The notes under the pieces: model-generated
Database searches by the model: none
Told to the model about the DNA's origin: nothing
The model's input: only the letters and a program-made list of their open reading frames with translations
Program-made: the position numbers and the translations under genes
Assembly (NCBI RefSeq): GCF_006345805.1
Contig: NC_043003.1
Span: 60,698,001-60,762,000, forward strand
Origin: Octopus sinensis
Taxonomy: Eukaryota
DNA: 64,000 bases
Direction: 5' to 3'
Shown: piece by piece, positions 52,796-64,000 of the stretch
Layout: every line of letters begins with the position of its first letter
Numbering within the stretch: position 1 is the stretch's first letter

Positions 52796-53744
52796 CTAAA
52801 AGTAAATAAAAGAATAAATTTATAAATAGATAAATAGATAGATAAATAAATAAATAAATAAATAAATAATAAACTAGAAATTGCATAAAACAAGAGAAAG
52901 AAGGAATTGATATCTGCTTTTTAAAATATAATGGGATACTTACAAAATACCATTTCATTCTTATAGTGCTATTTCATTCTTACATGTGACATCCTCCATC
53001 GATCGACTTAATACGGGGGAGATAACTACCCTCACACAACACGTGACAGAATTAGAACTTTGGAATTGAAAGCAAAAAATAAGGGGAAGAAGGTATATAG
53101 AGTTTGTATAATATTTAATTTTTCTTTTTATCTACTACGAAATTCTTAAGTTTCTACTTGGCTGTAATCATGTATAGCACTATTTCATTCTTTTTAGAAA
53201 ATTTCAGTATGATTTAACCGGTAACTTATTAATTAGATATATTGCAAAGAGAAACATCTCATAACAATTAAAGATGAAGTTAATTACAAACTGGAGAAAA
53301 TTCATGGAATGTATGTTTTTCTCCATAAAACGTTGGTAGTGTAGAAATCAAGAAATTTACGTACACAGTAATAGCCATTTCGAGGGGAAAAATCTACCCC
53401 GAGAAAATGTCTTAAAATAGCCAGTAGTTTCAACATCAGCTACAAAATATTTCATAAGATTTGTTCGGTATACAGTTGGAGATGTAGATTCCTTCCAGGC
53501 TGTTATCTTCAATACATAATGTTTTACGTCGTCGAATGAACATTCATAAACACACGAGCTCTGACTCTTGGCAAACGTTTAAAGCGTTTAATAGTGAGGT
53601 CACAGCTATACCTTTTGTTGTTGCTTATCAATTAGACAACCCTGGCCATGCAAAATAGTAATCGTAGGTATTCTAACCGTGCCCCATACACCTTTTCAGA
53701 CATAGTTTACTCAATATTACCAAATATACATCTACTGATATATA

Positions 53745-54314
53745 CGAGGTTTGATCAAAAAGTATCGGGACTGGTGCTATTAAAAGATAATTACTACACA
53801 TATCGACTCTGCATTTAATCTCCTTCGAAATAGTCCATGTATGAATCCACGTGCTTTACCAAGCGTCGTTTCCTGGAACTCATTTTTAGGAATAGGAAGC
53901 TGCTGTCTTGTCGCACTCTCTTGAATTTCCTCGGCGACTTGAAATCCTGCTGAGGGTTCTCTACTGCTGAGACTGAGCCTTGGTTTCGGAGTGTTAGCCA
54001 TAAACCCACGACTTGTCGCCTGATATGATCGTTTTCAAACAGCTTTCGTCTTTCCCGACACAAAGAGATCCTGTGCAGCTGAAACTTGATTTTCTTTTTC
54101 AGACGACCACACTCAACACACTTTACTCCCAAGCACTGCTATAAACAACGCAAGAATGTTATAATTTAGTGTGTACAGAGTTCAAGATCCGTCTGTATCA
54201 AGATCAATCTGTTCAAGATCAATTTCAAGCTCAATCTGTGCTAAGCGGCCTTACTCTGCGTACTTTAACTTCTTTATCATAGTAACAGTTCTGATAATTT
54301 TTGATCAGACCACG
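53745..54314 (-). mobile_element. Internally deleted mariner with normal 5' and 3' ends, related to the 20881/44575 MITEs
   Basis: TA-cgaggtttgatcaaaaagtatc / tttttgatcagaccacg-TA. C-terminal RRLVKHVDSYMDYFEGD* on -. Confidence 0.75.
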
Positions 54315-54834
54315 TATTAGATTATAACAGAGTGGTTAAGAAGTTTAATGTGCAACCATGAGGTTTCAAATTCGACCCCGTCTCCACTTCGTGTAATCTT
54401 GAGCAAGTGCCTTTTACTGTAGACTCATGTGATTTTAGCAATCCGTGTGAGTGGAATTGGATAAATGGAAACTATGTAGAAGCTCATCTAGTAGATATAA
54501 TAGATATAATAGGTTATATTACATCTACATAGATATAATATAATCTATTATATTATATATTACCACACAGCTATACCTGCTGATATGTATACATATTAGG
54601 TATAATCCTAGTGGAAGAGTTATAATCGGATTAATCTATCCTTGAGAGCAACGATATTTAAAATAGTAATCAGAAGAGAATGAATTTCACAGAGAGTTCA
54701 TAAATTAATTAGTAGTTCATAATATAAATTATGAAGTGTCTGTGATATCTATACTTTCTTGCTTTTATTCTACACACACATATACACGCGCATGCGCACT
54801 CGCGCGCGCGCGCACACACACACATACACACGCA

Positions 54835-55486
54835 CACACAAAGGTGAAGATCAGCGAAAAAGAAAATGCCTACGCTGAATTTTTGAGGAATCTACTGCTA
54901 CTCTATCCAGATTACATGTTCAGGTTTATACCTGTAATTATTGGGGGTACTGGGATATGTAGCACACTGCCTAAATGCCAATCTTGAGAATTCAGGCTTC
55001 TCAAAACTAGAACGAACGGAGAAATGTATTCAGATTACACATTGCCTCAGAGAAAGGATGACTTGAATATTGAATAGACAGGCTCAGGGTTATCAACTGA
55101 GCACTTCTGTAGAAAAAACTTCTATAGAAAAGCAATAAACACTGTCCAAGCCATCACTAGAAATGTAAAAATTTGTAAATCCAGAAGATTGTCATTTAAG
55201 TATATATGAGTATTTCTAGATAAGAAACTATATGTATGAAAGTACATATATAAAACAAAACATACAAATCTGCACATATACATACATACATATTTATCCT
55301 GTTGATATTGTTGAAATTCCAATGAAAGACACTTTGATCTAGGTTGGAACCAGTTGTTTCTCTACTGACAAGAATTCTTGAAATAAAACTGAGTAACGAC
55401 ATACATACATCCTGAAACAATCTGTATAACAATATACATGCATGCATACATACATACATACATACATACATACATACATACATACA

Positions 55487-55520
<34 letters not shown>

Positions 55521-55609
55521 CATGCATGCATGCATGCATCATACATACATACATACATACATACATACGTACATACATACATACATACATACATACATAC
55601 ATACATACA

Positions 55610-55640
<31 letters not shown>

Positions 55641-56340
55641 CCAGGAACAGGAGATTGCCACAAAGTACCTGGTGAACAAGAGAGATAGTGACACTCTTGT
55701 AATCCCAAGGTGCAACCACATTTGTAGGCTATGTCATGTTTCTATGGAAGACATTACATATGGGATTAGCAGCTGTCCTAAAATGTCGTCACGGTATTAC
55801 CTCTCTATGTGGCACAATGTTGTTGCTAAGACACTTTACAATGCCATCCACAAAGAAGACCGTCCTGAAATAAACTTAGAAATTCTCTCTGTTATGGAAT
55901 ACATTCACAAACACCAACTCAAGGAAGACTGATAGAATATTCCCATCAAAACTTCTGTCAAATGTATGGATAAGGGGCAAAGGTATGTAGCATCATAGAG
56001 GTTAGCCGCCTTGCAGATATAAATATGTCTTTGAAAATGAAAGAAAAAGAATATATATATGGACAACTGCTTCGAAACCTCCAGGTTCTATATCCATAAC
56101 TATTGTTATGAACTAGGATTTGTTAGTAAATGCCTAAAGGAGAATTTGAATAAACAGAGATTTTCAGAAAGAGAAACTGACCGGCTAATTCGTACATTAC
56201 AAGTGCAATCTGTGAGTGGAACAGTAAAAATATGCAACACTTTTTTCAAATTCCAAATGTGAATTCGTCTGTTTTAAGTACATGTTTGCATCTTAGTTCG
56301 AAACTGGTTCCCTCCTCAGTGGAAAATTTATAATAATTAA
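54835..56340 (+). mobile_element. Two successive 5'-truncated R4/Dong-type elements separated by (CATA)n
   Basis: KISEKENAYAEFLRNLLLLYPDYMFRFIPVIIGG (RLE). CRLCHVSMEDITYGISSCP..WHNVVAKTLYNAI is a degenerate CCHC knuckle. The 3' end aaataaaactgagtaacga runs straight into (CATA)n. Confidence 0.75.
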
Positions 56341-56490
56341 AAAATAGAAGAGACATACATAGATGCATACGGACATAGAAACTAGCTCCTTCTTTAGAGG
56401 AAGGACTTTAATGATTAAAAATCAAACAGAAGCATGCGTACATGTGTCTAACTGTGGGCCCATACTGGGTAATAGTAAAAATAGGAAACA

Positions 56491-56570
<80 letters not shown>

Positions 56571-57447
56571 ACACACACACAGACACACACACAGACAAAC
56601 ATTTACACTGGATAATGTCGTCCTAGAAAAACTATGGGTGGAAAAACAGAAGGTAGATCTTCGCTGCAATCCATGTTTTCAATTAGTATCATCCTGCGGC
56701 TAGCCAACAAAAACAATTAATAAGCACGACCTAATGAGATTATTTTTTCGGTGCTCGATCGATCAGCTCGAAGTAGCAACCAACTCTCGTTCAAATCACC
56801 ACTGAGAAGCGTATTCCGGGATATACGTTGCCTCAAAGAAAGCATGACTTAAATATTGAATAGACCGGCTCGGGGTTAAACAACTGAACACTTTCTCTAG
56901 AAAAGCAATAAACACTATCCGTAAAAATCATTTTTTCCTAAAATAACTTGCAACTGCATGAAAGAGTTTAGAAAATCATGTGCTAGTTTCATCCATCGAA
57001 AGAAAAAACAGGAAAATTTGTGACGCAAGGGAAATAACTCATAACAAATTGCCTCCCTTGCACTTGACGTGCTTTATGTTTAAACTTCTACGTAGTCACT
57101 GAGTAAAATTTATAATGCTAGATAACTTTTATTTATTACGATCATTATCAGCCCAGGACATGACTAACGTAATAGCACCCACATGGAAAGGTTATTTAAG
57201 TAATAGTTCTGGAAACTATGGGCCGCTCGAACAACGGAATTGTTGATGATATGTCCTTAACTACGCGCAGAATATGTCTTAACTTTTAATTTTTAATTCC
57301 TATTTCTTAATTCTTGATTTCCAGTTTTTAATATTCGATAAGATGGAGATAGACATTGAAACTTGTAAAATTTTACAAATTTCACTCCATGCGAGAAATA
57401 TTAAAATATTTCTCCTGTCCGATTAAAGAAAAATAGTAAAAAGAATC

Positions 57448-57813
57448 GAGGAGTGGCTGTGTGGTAAGTAGCTTGCTAACCAACCACATGGTTCCGGGTT
57501 CAGTCCCACTGCGTGGCATCTTGGGCAAGTGTCTTCTGCTATAGCCCCGGGCTGACCAATACCTTGTGAGTGGATTTGGTAGACGGAAACTATATATATA
57601 TATGTATGTGTTTGTGTGTCTGTGTTTGTCCCCCTAGCATTGCTTGACAACCGATGCTGGTGTGTTTACGTCCCCGTCACTTAGCGGTTCAGCAAAAGAG
57701 ACCGATAGAATAAGTACTGGGCTTACAAAGAATAAGACCCGGGGTCGATTTGCTCGACTAAAGGCGGTACTCCAGCATGGCCGCAGTCAAATGACTGAAA
57801 CAAGTAAAAGAGT
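57448..57813 (+). mobile_element. Composite SINE family B (tRNA-like head, central TA/TG microsatellite, second arm); representative of many copies
   Basis: Head ggagtggctgtgtggtaagtagcttgc..ggttcagtcccactgcg; tail gcatggccgcagtcaaatgactgaaacaagtaaaagag. Other copies at ~1560(-), ~8387, ~21121, ~23335, ~35130, ~44000(-) and ~50395. Confidence 0.85.
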
Positions 57814-57908
57814 AGTACTTCGGTGAAGTTTCCACTTTTACATTTTACGCCCAACCTTTGATTTGTATGGATTCTTAACCCCTTTTCAGTTAAACACACA
57901 CATATACA

Positions 57909-58144
57909 TAGGGTTGGTCAAAAGTCAACTGACGGTAAATCAAAACCATTTTATTCCAAGATATACTTTTATTTAACAACTGAATGTATTTAATAAATGC
58001 ATCTAAATAAATATGAAACACCATGAAAACAGTTCAAACTAAAGTCCTTCTTGAGCGATACATTATTCTGATCGAGTCAATACAGAATTACAGATAGTAT
58101 TTATGGAATTTTGATTTACTGTCGGGTGAGTTCTGGCCAACCTA
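57909..58144. mobile_element. Tc1/mariner-type MITE
   Basis: TIRs tagggttggtcaaaagtcaactgacggtaaatcaaaa / ttttgatttactgtcgggtgagttctggccaaccta. Confidence 0.7.
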
Positions 58145-60203
58145 AAACCACTTTTCTTTCCATCCCTGAGCGTCTGCTAATACTTTACATGTACCACGTC
58201 CTTGCGTTGTTTTCTTTTTCTGTTTGTTCTTCGTTTATTTATACTCGGCCCCTACTCGTCTACAGTGGTTAGGGCAGCGGACTCGCGGTCGTAGGATCGC
58301 GGTTTCGATTCTCAGACCGGGCGTTGTGAGTGTTTATTGACCGAAAACACCTAAAAGCTCCACGAGGCTCCGGCAGGGGGTGGTGATCCCTGCTGTACTC
58401 TTTCACCACTCTTTCTTCTGTTGGCCTTAGCCAGCGGGGTGGCGTCATTCGAAGGCTAAAACAATGCGAACGCATTGTGACCAGCGATGTGTAACTACAT
58501 CTGATGGACTGGTCGGTCACGTGATCACGTGATACATATATATATATATATTTATATTATATTATATTGTTGGCATCCTTTTGTCTCGCCAGTGTGTCCT
58601 ACCGGGTAATAATCCAGTCTGGTTTTTACATTTCATGTCATTTAGATCTCCTGCTGTGGCTGTGTAGTCTTATCCTGGACAAACACCCTTAAAAGATATT
58701 TGGATGAATCTTACAGGGAAACTCTTTCCAAACCATCGAATTGTCACGTACAGGACCTATGTAGCTCAGTCATTTTCAGTACCAGAGTTTCCTTATCCCT
58801 TCTAATTAAGTATTTAGCAGCAATGCTCTCTACATTTCTATCTTCTTTTCTGCCATTACATTTAAATTACTTTTGTAATATTGAGCTGTTTTTTTTTCTC
58901 GTCAAAATGATCTATCCATTACTTAACGTAGGAGGACTGGTTGTACACCATCAAGAGTTATAAATTGTATATAATCTTTTCTACTCTAGGCACAAGGCCC
59001 GAAATTTTGTGGGGAGGTGCCAGACGATTAGATCGACCCCAGTACTTATTTAATCGACCCCAAAGTATGAAAGGCAAAGTCAACCTCGGCGGAACTTGAA
59101 CTCAGAACGTAAAGACAGACAAAATATCACTAAGCATTTTGCCCGGTGTGCTAACGTTTCTGCTAGCTCGCCGCTTTAAATTGTATGTAATTATTTCTTT
59201 ATTGCCCACAGGGGGCTAAACATAGAGGGGACAAACAACGACAGACAAAGGGATTAAGTCGATTACATCAACCCCAGTACGCAACCGGTACTTAATTAAT
59301 CGACCCCGAAACGATAAAAGGCAAAGTCAACCTCGACGGAACTTGAACTCAGAACATAAAGACAGACAAAATACCGCTAAGCATTTTGCCCGGCGTGCTA
59401 ACGTTTCTGCCAGCTCGCAGCCTTGAAATTGTATACAATAATGCCTTACTCAATATGCTGACCCATTTCGACTTTATGCTAGCAATGAAAAATAAAAATC
59501 ATGACCCAAGTTATGAATGAATTAACTGGTATGATTCGAATAGTAGATGATAGGCTGATTCAGCAGAGATGGTAGAGTTCCTTTGGTAGTAATCCAGAAC
59601 AGGCTACATTTTACAAGGTGGTGGGGATTACAGATTGTTCTTGTTCTACACATGAAAGCATAATTTGGATGAAATTCGATAGCTGATAAAAGCCTCGCAA
59701 TTCGTAGAAGTAGCAATTTATCACCCTTGCGTTGTAGGTAACGTTCTTTATTCCGTGTGGCTGCAGGACAATTTGGAGAGATTTTAAGTTATAACTCTTT
59801 ATTGCTAGAGATATCTAAGACGATAAGTCTCACACCTACTTAGCTATGTAGATCAGGCAACATAAGGCCAGGACATGAATCGCTGACTTCCCGATCGTTT
59901 GTTTGTCCAATACTTTAGTAACCATTAAGGGCGGTGAGCTGGCAGAATCGGTACCACGCCGAAAAAAGTGCTAGGCTTCCGGCTTTACATTTTGAGGTCA
60001 AATGCTGTCGGGGTCCACTTTGCCATTAATGCTTTCGGCGTCGATAAAATAAGTATCGGCTGAACACTGAGGTCGATGTAATCGATTTATCTGCTTATTA
60101 GAAATTGCGGTCCTTTTGCCAAAATTTGAAGCTAATATCTCAACACTTCTGCTTACTTTACTTTGATAAATGAGTATAAGAGAAATAAAAGTAATGGACT
60201 TAC

Positions 60204-60371
60204 GTGATGCCGATTGAAGAGATTAATGTGGTAAAATCTGATAATCCTCCAGGTTTATCGCTAATAACAGCAACGAATTTTATGAGACGTTTATCAGCCA
60301 CAAGACCACGGTCAAGAACCTTTCCCAACGCGGGAGTATCGATGTTTCCACCACATAACGTCAGGACCACT
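60204..60371 (-). CDS. Threonine/serine dehydratase (PLP fold type II, serine-racemase family) exon (VVLTLCGGNIDTPALGKVLDRGLVADKRLIKFVAVISDKPGGLSDFTTLISSIGI)
   Basis: Acceptor ttttccccag, donor AC|GTAAGT. 168 bp, phase 2/2. VV..L(S/C)GGNID closes the catalytic domain and SD.PGG starts the ACT domain. Confidence 0.93.
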
Positions 60372-60749
60372 CTGGGGAAAAATATATACAATATATATAT
60401 AAATACACGCAACACATACCCACATATATGTATGTATGCATACATGTATATACACATATACACACACACAAGAATACATACATACATACATACATACATA
60501 CATACATACATACATACATACATACATACATACATACATACATAATGCCTAAATACCAATCTTGAGAAATTAGGTTTCTCAAAACCAGAAAGGAGAAAGC
60601 TGATTCGAAGACTACGGATCTAAGCCATCACTGAAACTGTAAAAATCTGTGTAACTTTCCTGAAGTCTATCATATATGAGCATGTCTAGATATGCAAGTA
60701 TGTGCATGAGAATGCATACATAAAACAGAGTTGGTGACTGTAGCCTTAT

Positions 60750-61432
60750 TGATGAAGAACATTCAGGCAGACCCCTATTCCACCCTCACTTCAGATGACA
60801 ACCAAATCAAGAGATTGATTGAGAATAATCCGCATTGCACACGCGGGAATTGGCAGAAACACTAAATTTATCAAAAATCCACAAGTTCATGACCAGATGC
60901 ACCTGGTGGGAGTAAAAAGGAATCCTGTACTGTGAGCTTCAGCTAAGTTACCAGTCGATTAATTGTGAGAAGTATTGTTCGCAACTGGACGATTTAAAGG
61001 CAGCAATTCAAGAAAAACACCCAGATTTGGAGAACAGGAAAGGTGATGTTTATCCATCAGGATAATGTCAGATATAACGTTTCTTTGGTGACCCGTCAAA
61101 AATTGTTGCAGCTTGACTGGGATGTGTTACCCCGCCCGCCATATTCACCAGACATTGCTCCTTCGGATTTTCATTTATTCAAATTCTTGCAAAATAATCT
61201 TAATGGTAAACACTTTAATTCTTTTAAGGACATAATAAACCAACTTAATGAGTTCTTTGTCAAGAAACCACCGCAATTCTGTGAAGTCGGAATCTTTAAG
61301 TTGAATGAAAGGTGGACAAAGGTTGTGCAACAAAATGGTTCATATTTAATTGGATAAATACTCAATGGCATAATTTTGTTTTGTCTTTTAATTTCCCTTA
61401 AAAACCGGCATGGACTTTCTGAACAACCCAAT
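60750..61432 (+). mobile_element. Degenerate mariner transposase with its 3' TIR
   Basis: FIHQDN..WDVLPRPPYSPDIAPSDFHLFKFLQNNL..KLNERW; TIR gaacaacccaat. A second 5'-end fragment lies on - at ~61540-61820. Confidence 0.85.
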
Positions 61433-61889
61433 GCACCGTACGTTGCAGAGCTACATAGTTTATTCGTAGAGTCAATGTTTTCATAATATGCAAATCGTTT
61501 CTGTCCTGTGGGCATCAACAGGAAGCCACACTCCGTTTATCTTTGCAAAAGAAGTTATGATTTCAAAGAGAAGGGTCCATGCGATGAAAGCGGTGTGGGC
61601 TTTACGGTACTAAAAAGGCATCTAGTGTCTAAAAGGAACCTTGTAATCTTCCATTGACACGAATTAAGTAATTCTAAACTTTCTTTATCAAAAGATAATT
61701 TGAAGTGTGCGCTAACCGGAAATGTATGCATATTATATGCGTCAATAAATTTCACGTGTTTTAACCTGTTAAAACATGAAGAACTAAAAATCGCCATGAA
61801 CTTTCCGGGCAACCCAATATAATGAGCTTAGCAAACCGTAGCTTTCCTAGTTTTTCAACAGAACCTTAATTATATGTGCGCTTGTGTGT

Positions 61890-62190
61890 TTGTAATTGTT
61901 TAGTTTTATTTCAAAATTTCTTGCCAATGGAGAAAGAGCCGGTTCCTGAGATGCAAGGCTCCTTCATTGGAATTTCAACATCAACTGGATATGTATGTAT
62001 GTATGCATGCATGCATTCATGTATGTATGTATGTATGTATGTATGTATGTATGTATGTATGTATGTATGTATGTATGTATGTATGTATGTCATTATTCAG
62101 TTTTGTTTCAAGATTTCTTGTCAATAGAGAAAGAGCCGGTTTCTAATCTAGATCCAAGGCTCCTTCATTGGAATTTCCGCTCTGCCGGTC
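61890..62190 (-). mobile_element. Two tandem 3' tips of the (CATA)n-associated R4 family
   Basis: Both match the 55315-55400 terminus (gaaattccaatgaaggagcctt...gaaatcttgaaa.aaaact) and are separated by (TATG)n. Confidence 0.7.
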
Positions 62191-62289
62191 ATTCATTACA
62201 ACACCTGTCTATGTTCGGATTGTCTTTGAACAGGGTCTATCCGGACTCCCGCCTTCGCCATGAGCAGAAATTAATCTCCTTATGTAAAT

Positions 62290-63240
62290 ATCGTTGTTTA
62301 TGTAATGATCTAATTATCGTAATTTTCTATATTATTAGATATTAAATTTAAGTTTATTCGTAAGATACTACTTAGCAATAGATTTGTTATTTGATAGCAA
62401 GCATACGAGGTGTACTAAGATAGGCTTTTGTTTATTAATAGTATTAATTGTAGTTTTAAATTTATAATTAAATTAGATAAACTTTGATAATCTTAGATAT
62501 GTTTCGACTAAAAATTGGTCCAGGCCATGTCTAATTTAATAGCATAACTTAGTTATTTCTTTAAATTGATATTCGCTAGTTATTCCCATTGATAATTATA
62601 TTTATAGTATTTATAGTATTTATTCGATACTATATTACTACGAATTGATTATTTCTAAAAGTATTTTACATAAGATTTCCGAAAGTTCGTTTAAGTTTGT
62701 TTATTTGTATTTTGAAATTAGCTATTTCATCTTTAAATATGAAAAATTAAATTTATTAGGTTTTTATTATATGTGCATATATATTTATTTATAGAGATTA
62801 CTTTAGATCTTAATTATAATATTTATATACATTTATATATTTTCATTGATAATTTATATATATTAGTCATTTTTAAATATTTATGTAATTAGATATAGAC
62901 TAATACCGATATTAGATTATGGGTGGGTTTCCTACCTTATAAATTAAAATTAATATTTAACATTATAGTCGATTTTGATATAATCATAATTGTTAAGTTC
63001 TATGTTTCTAGTTTGATAATAGAGTTTATTATAAGTAAAATTATTATATTATTTATATCTTAAAAATATTGTTTAAATATTTCTGATTATATTTTAGATA
63101 TTTCAATTACCTGAAGATTGACTGTAACCATAACTCGAATTATTACGAATTGGACAGCCATGAAACGATCGTAGTGTTTTACTCATTATCTTTTATTAAA
63201 CTTTTAATACTTTTGATATATATTTAAAATAATATAAATT
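62290..63240 (-). mobile_element. Highly AT-drifted sequence, possibly an old Penelope-like element
   Basis: ctattaaattagacatggcctgg (~62520, -) matches 4569-4590 of the Penelope-like end, and a CPIRN..EIFKQ remnant lies near 63170(-). Weak evidence. Confidence 0.35.
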
Positions 63241-64000
63241 AATTAATTTTATGTATTGGCTTAAGTTTTTCATTGTTTGATTTGCCTAATAGTGGTTTTA
63301 TCTCTAATTTAATATAATATATATATGTATATATAATTGTGTTTGTATGTGTGTTTGCGAGTGTATGTGTGTGCGTGCGTGCATGTGTGTGTGTGTAGCT
63401 TACAGTATATTGATTTAGCAAGCCACCGCCATTTTCCTTTCCATCATTACATTATTCTCTTTCTTTCCTTTTGCTTCTTTTTGCTTTATATAGGCTGTCT
63501 TCCACCCCAATTCTGCTGCAACAAACTTATATTTAACTAGCCATTTATTTATTTATTTATTTTTGTATCACACATTCGCCTTTGTTTTTTATTTTTTAAT
63601 GACATTTTTGTAGTTTATTCTTTTACGAGTTATTTTTCTTCAAGTTTGAATTCCTAAAACGATATTTTTCCTTTACTGCAATTATTATAGCTATTAAAGT
63701 GTAAATTTAGCAATTATATTCTTCAGTTTTATGTAACTTTTACTCGTTTTTAATGTTCATGTCATTTTTCCGGATACGGCCATTTATTAATTTATTAATT
63801 TTGAAAAGCCATATCCTATCCCATTAACTTTAAGTAAATATTTGATGAATCACCGGACAATTATCACGGCATCATTTATGAACATTTATAAACATTATGG
63901 AAGGTGTTTATAAGCCACTTAAGAAACACACAAAACCGTTAGATTCACTTCAACATTTAAATTTAATTTGTCAAAATATTTTCGTCGCTTTGAGACCGCG

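Noticed and set aside
62290-63340. Possible mitochondrial insertion (NUMT)
   Set aside because: I found no recognisable 12S/16S rRNA, tRNA or mitochondrial protein motifs.
1203-63540. Many ORFs of YIYI, CVCV, MYVC, HTHT and poly-I/L/N type in the supplied track
   Set aside because: They are translations of (TA)n, (CA)n, (CATA)n and (AAT)n microsatellites, which lack stops in some frames.

Overview
Repeat-rich, intron-rich animal genomic DNA. The SINE, microsatellite and Penelope content suggests a coleoid cephalopod such as Octopus, but this is my inference from pattern recognition, not a search. Two spliced genes converge tail-to-tail. (1) On +, seven phase-compatible exons (2130-31964) encode a divergent bHLH-PAS-type PAS-A/PAS-B protein with mixed CLOCK/Met-like motifs. 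It needs one GC-AG intron, its bHLH exons appear to lie upstream of the window, and its 3' end is unresolved. (2) On -, the last three exons (60371 down to 49321) of an ACT-domain threonine/serine dehydratase (serine-racemase family). The rest is tRNA-derived SINEs, mariner elements and MITEs, R4/Dong-type retroelements sitting in (TAA)n and (CATA)n tracts, RTE/CR1 fragments, and Penelope-like fragments carrying several hammerhead-ribozyme motifs. The most unusual structures are three recent inverted duplications tied to (TA)n tracts (23.3-24.7 kb, 36.3-38.9 kb, and a 490-bp tandem-plus-inverted array at 50.6-52.2 kb); these may be real rearrangements or long-read assembly artefacts. There is also an older fold-back whose loop holds a micro-exon-like signal. 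Most ORFs in the supplied track are microsatellite artefacts.
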